Positions 62,101-64,000 of a stretch of DNA of 64,000 nt are shown piece by piece. Source of the stretch: Clostridia bacterium (GTDB lineage: Bacteria; Bacillota; Clostridia; Christensenellales; CAG-1252). The position numbers and the translations under genes are program-made. The stretch covers positions 2,322-66,321 of the forward strand of contig JAFPXC010000001.1 in assembly GCA_017394805.1 (NCBI GenBank), in the 5' to 3' direction. Position 1 is the first letter of the stretch; each line of letters starts with the position of its first letter. Below the pieces are notes generated by a model. It was given only the letters and a program-made list of their open reading frames with translations. It had not been told where the DNA came from and did no database searches.

Positions 62101-62622
62101 GCGTTCACCGTAGGTGACCTCTTGGCGGCGCATACGCTTGGCGTGGTGGGCGAATTGTTCGCCGTGGGCGACCTCTCGTCGGCCGTCTACGCGGCTGAGG
62201 ACGCGACCTATTCGAATCCGTTGCCTTTGGATACCGTCATGACCGTCGGCAATTACGTGTGGCATATCGCCATCGGCGAGCACACGCATTACACGGGCGC
62301 GGTGGATATCGCCGTCACCATCACCACCCGCGCGTTGACGTCGGTGGAGATCCGCGTCATCGACAACGTGAAACTCAATGACAACAGCGTATTGCTGTCG
62401 GGCTATACCTATCAACTTTCGTCGGGTTCGGTCTTGGACGTGAGCGCCCGAGACAACGCCACCGCCATCGGCGTAGCCTACTACGACAGTGAGGACAATC
62501 TCCTCTCCAGCAACCCCTATCTGCCGGGCACGTACACTGTCAAATTCGTCACGGCGGACGCGGGTTATCGCGTGGATTTGGGCGGCGGCGCGGACAGCTT
62601 CGTGCTGACGATAGTGAAATAA
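56116..62622 (+). CDS. Giant predicted lipoprotein (2168 aa), no recognisable domains
   Basis: Signal peptide with lipobox LTAC (MKKRFLFAITIVLFIVTTAVALTAC). Long uninterrupted ORF with a strong RBS. The sense frame has ordinary amino-acid composition, unlike the R/G/H-rich antisense ORFs. Confidence 0.85.
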   Translation: MKKRFLFAITIVLFIVTTAVALTACRKKPTEPTVKTIYDVSLGTMAVGTAIEKAVQVEGAENVYLSFTFVVDKGADTYNEVYELAALLDLDDDRNCALSFKNYTDIENIISTEVYYKNGVLYLNKQPAVDRAAVQGVSLSQIASTLATSTVSGQVGTVLQLLPALGDRVFSACERTQEGDKTTYAFTVDYSQIGTTVGYLVSQTGLLNAAEMTKLLGLDDVAEGGSTQLVFVTQNVENVGEVFVSADCRTTRGGVATAKTVQSFSCKVLSDAAVAQPQYQVAMPDNLSSFGYAHPANLNLLGTVTMDVSSASRAAYLGAQPLTLSLSNYRYQWDFSLQSNVDALGKWTANLVFTNQADRSRRVGLYFADQTLYLDLSSLSLGSWQLPAAKVQEIAAELGRGRAAQTLTPQNYRDIIFDLLVDRVEESEKVTYTLKADSIVKLYNAIEETLTEGALCTLPPVAADGASVVVDTQNNAFRTLTVSASVWGSTVTVVASNPSVGKPVNVVAPEWVATCVNPLTAATITPTARGIVRSYTAAGGNTALVEALLRSVSDEDVDLGDKEIYYYNFAATLAGSGKINAFSVDFDTDHNERVCSLYYHADSPDELFVIMPTVGTETQVVALTVKNEMRYVDFVRAVNGNIEIREDLAECTLSNTQSSLSFTWSNAGLKALLAKAAAFLTAPTVTTVPNDLGLQALRLTLGGDRALRLAFAADRFIEFGMDALSIGDADLSLTTSLKHNAVSYFDQYNLPQSVAVTIGDGSAAPRKLNVALADFGTDWTFAHEPALGSGKQLVTATGVVFGQEVDLSFEVDCTCPSEVTVLDVPTYAAHLEDKTFTFARYSETVSPVDVVGAYRTVKVVVGSNPARELPLSWLHNGEEIAEADWSTPDRREGNQSEFVILPAVKNFFGRMVALDAAGTTNLAGQYVLRLEGARIANVKNAGEYMTLQTYGANYDPFDPATYDSAELVFQTDLGIVVDGVSKWEWDIDSIRNRSHAEGGIHNGGALYDTAGLRQAMKEKLYALSGKYAVNVNVYNTLGVVENSITVTVRVGSYVIKEVTFEQLADGVAYTKETGDYMGRFAVATRTLSDVPYNFAFAKVAVVTFDNGTTQRFDARDWTTSPLAAVFMFQSYQGDVKLTLGDQAGGRQTLSLHYDVAAEPVDGVAVWGYKNGVKTEIEGSLVEATAATKQLSFTFEHLNPYDYVMPAGLAVHYQLGTQYVEHAFAFEGWNANALWHNNTPYVTTENVYNVAVTITMSFDNKFVSGEWYFAGMVEDADGLYVFDAEEGNFVLYNNSVPAHRNLTRYSRVATPSVVHQKSKSGAYVYYGGSYVPYEDGNPDHSTLDRYTYDTILAVPYVYEENELGDYVYLNGVHVLYDAEKHQGQKRYARAGTVNVFYRKGTDGLERLVLDPNKVDYTCTEAYPALVVVTFEDGTKAVLPAVWDLSALATVSPEEDYTETVGLSIPMAQFLADVYMRIESTKPKYTYYQVAVDGESGEPILDADGFYTDGRSEVTLTLLGTDADGRLVVNDLTSEKRLHDVICGCDQEGCKGHLYFDYGDSTTANARFAVTEWKRLNAIAEGLRQAAAERPDVPLQELSYQVTVIAVAHNIEIEVVVHVQASNMSDVAYTAAGMPLVASSMSSAGATVYSMAADGTALTVDPYVADIFNADNYPKELQFNLGGVVGKAYVDGWDLSALKGVMPYEGATATVYAQINTAFGPVRVAAPLTVKRRKIQSVTIDGSTGFFLCVNAMSAQPFGSEIVEEAGRTIALKTVDVRFENDDLAYHMTMRYDITDYVAPYSAATLNENATVYVGNAAGGYQAIAGYRVLTNDNYIMRVRVPMDDPAYDLLKAYLKDGEGNWDGVIFAVGASDNGTFVTFDDSAAANEAWRALTTANRRLVLSCGYMDETNALHTTDYTAALGEPDDVGVGYKWERATMQGKAVLRLSVWNTVSAGAEHLSTVQYVSTGTDRYVSLTRSMLSLAGVDGESITEAYDRAFTVGDLLAAHTLGVVGELFAVGDLSSAVYAAEDATYSNPLPLDTVMTVGNYVWHIAIGEHTHYTGAVDIAVTITTRALTSVEIRVIDNVKLNDNSVLLSGYTYQLSSGSVLDVSARDNATAIGVAYYDSEDNLLSSNPYLPGTYTVKFVTADAGYRVDLGGGADSFVLTIVK

Positions 62623-62640
62623 GCGGGCGTTTTGCCCGCT
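62622..62640 (+). terminator. Hairpin immediately after the lipoprotein stop (weak terminator candidate)
   Basis: agcgggc-gtttt-gcccgct. No clear T-run follows, so confidence is low. Confidence 0.35.
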
Positions 62641-62721
62641 CGGCAAATTTCTTCGCAACGCACGGGCGAACCGCTTCCCGCACAAGTTCGGGTCGTTTGA
62701 AGGTATTATGCAAAAAAACAC

Positions 62722-62750
62722 TTGCCAATATCGGCGGTTTGGTGTACAAT
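62722..62750 (+). promoter_or_regulatory. gap promoter
   Basis: TTGCCA (62722-62727), 17 nt, TACAAT (62745-62750). Confidence 0.6.
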
Positions 62751-62824
62751 GTAGGTGATTTGAAAGGCGCGTGCCTTCCAAGCATAAGCAAGAAAAAATT
62801 TATATCTAAATGGAGGATATTTTT

Positions 62825-63892
62825 ATGGCAAAGAACGTAAGAGTCGCTATCAATGGTTTCGGCAGAATCGGTCGTTTGGCTTTCCGTCAAATGTTCGGTG
62901 CGGAGGGTTACGAAGTCGTCGCTATCAACGACCTCACCAGCCCCAAGATGCTCGCGCATCTGTTGAAATATGACACCGCTCAGGGCAACTACGTCCGCAT
63001 GGGTCACACCGTGACCTACAAAGACGCCGTGTTGGCCGAAGACGGCAAGACCGTCGTCACCCCCGGTTCCATCACCGTGGACGGCAAAGAGATCACCATC
63101 TACGCGATGGCCAAAGCCAACGAGCTTCCCTGGAAAGAGTTGGATATCGACGTCGTGTTGGAGTGCACCGGTTTCTACACCAGCAAGGCCAAATCGCAAG
63201 CCCACATCGACGCGGGCGCCAAGAAGGTCGTCATTTCCGCTCCCGCCGGCAACGACTTGCCCACCATCGTCTACAACGTCAACCACGACAAGCTCACCGC
63301 CGAGGACAACATCATCTCGGCCGCCAGCTGCACCACCAACTGCTTGGCTCCCATGGCCAAAGCCCTCAACGATTTCGCGCCCATCCAAAGCGGTATCATG
63401 ACCACCGTGCACGCCTACACCGGTGACCAAATGATCTTGGACGGTCCCCAACGCAAAGGTGACCTCCGTCGTAGCCGCGCGGGTGCGCAAAACATCGTGC
63501 CCAACTCCACCGGCGCCGCCAAAGCCATCGGCTTGGTCATCCCCGAGTTGAACGGCAAACTCATCGGTTCCGCCCAGCGCGTGCCCACCCCCACCGGTTC
63601 CACCACCATCTTGGTCGCCGTCGTGAAGGGCAAAGACATCACCAAAGAGGGCATCAACGCCGCTATGAAGGCCGCTTCCAACGAGAGCTTCGGCTACAAC
63701 ACCGACGAGATCGTCTCCTCTGACGTCATCGGTATGACCTACGGCAGCTTGTTCGACGCCACCCAAACCATGGTCGCCAAGATCGACGACGACACCTATC
63801 AAGTGCAAGTCGTGTCCTGGTACGACAACGAGAACAGCTACACCAGCCAAATGGTGCGCACCATCAAGTACTTCAGCAACTTCCTGAAATAA
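62825..63892 (+). CDS. gap: Glyceraldehyde-3-phosphate dehydrogenase, type I
   Basis: INGFGRIGR (NAD fold), SCTTNCLAP (catalytic Cys) and WYDNE. Start at ATG 62825 ([11 protein letters not shown]) after GGAGGA. Confidence 0.95.
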   Translation: MAKNVRVAINGFGRIGRLAFRQMFGAEGYEVVAINDLTSPKMLAHLLKYDTAQGNYVRMGHTVTYKDAVLAEDGKTVVTPGSITVDGKEITIYAMAKANELPWKELDIDVVLECTGFYTSKAKSQAHIDAGAKKVVISAPAGNDLPTIVYNVNHDKLTAEDNIISAASCTTNCLAPMAKALNDFAPIQSGIMTTVHAYTGDQMILDGPQRKGDLRRSRAGAQNIVPNSTGAAKAIGLVIPELNGKLIGSAQRVPTPTGSTTILVAVVKGKDITKEGINAAMKAASNESFGYNTDEIVSSDVIGMTYGSLFDATQTMVAKIDDDTYQVQVVSWYDNENSYTSQMVRTIKYFSNFLK

Positions 63893-63915
63893 TCAAACTC
63901 GTACAAAAGACAAAG

Positions 63916-63949
63916 CCCGTCCTTCCCCCGAAGGGCGGGTTATTTTTTT
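63916..63949 (+). terminator. Rho-independent terminator after gap
   Basis: 10-bp stem cccgtccttc / gaagggcggg (one G-U pair), loop cccc, then tTATTTTTTT. Confidence 0.85.
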
Positions 63950-64000
63950 CCCTCTACGGCGTCGATCCATCGCCGCGCGCCGTCCGGTCCGTAGGGGGTT

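Noticed and set aside
56131-62781. 1377-aa and 761-aa minus-strand ORFs opposite the giant lipoprotein gene
   Set aside because: Antisense artefacts with an R/G/H-rich composition. The sense ORF has an RBS, a lipobox and a terminator-like hairpin.
62549-63850. 433-aa minus-strand ORF
   Set aside because: It is antisense to gap, which is unambiguous.

Overview
This 64-kb window looks like a Gram-positive-type chromosome with strongly mosaic composition. The Clostridia-like assignment is an inference from SpoIIE/STAS, AbrB, lipobox lipoproteins and overall gene content. All calls come from reading the sequence and the ORF track by eye; no database search or computation was run, and GC values are eyeball estimates.

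- **1 to ~10.5 kb (AT-rich, roughly 30% GC):** one end of an integrated mobile element. It carries a partial serine recombinase, a frameshifted HUH rolling-circle Rep and a hairpin-rich putative origin. It also carries an MboI/DpnII-type GATC restriction-modification cluster: an HTH-fused Dam methyltransferase (MTase), a small ORF, a DpnII-family endonuclease and a second MTase.
- **5614-10405 (best candidate for an undescribed system):** a tightly packed three-gene operon directly downstream of the R-M cluster. Gene 1 is an SPPY DNA methyltransferase. Gene 2 is a 744-aa protein with an N-terminal MORC/MutL-like GHKL ATPase and a C-terminal histidine-kinase-like H-box plus HATPase module. Gene 3 is a 425-aa receiver-domain protein with an unassignable ~280-aa C-terminal domain. 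I read this as a possible methylation-linked, two-component-type defence system.
- **10.6-14.3 kb:** small alarmone synthetase, membrane proteins, a TetR regulator and a frameshifted GNAT.
- **14.4-14.7 kb:** a 145-bp tandem duplication.
- **14.7-29.3 kb (GC-rich):** HAD lipoprotein, MacB-type ABC exporter, Sfp-type PPTase and a 2396-aa bimodular NRPS (C-A-T-C-A-T-R), followed by a STAS / PP2C-kinase partner-switching pair.
- **30.0-35.9 kb:** a type II-A CRISPR-Cas locus on the minus strand with 8 repeats and 7 spacers, csn2, cas9 and a divergent tracrRNA that has its own promoter and terminator. cas1 is truncated after ~125 codons, cas2 is absent, and 5 of 8 repeats carry point mutations.
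- **36.5-45.3 kb:** ordinary transport and metabolic genes. These are an ABC-2 exporter with an AbrB-like regulator, a cupin, a PAP2 phosphatase, a TetR plus two esterases, and an ACT protein plus phenylacetate-CoA ligase.
- **45.6-62.6 kb:** two giant cell-surface proteins, a 3357-aa repeat-rich adhesin-like protein and a 2168-aa lipoprotein without recognisable domains.
- **62.8-63.9 kb:** gap (GAPDH).

No rRNA or tRNA genes were recognised. Many long ORFs in the track are antisense artefacts of GC-rich genes.
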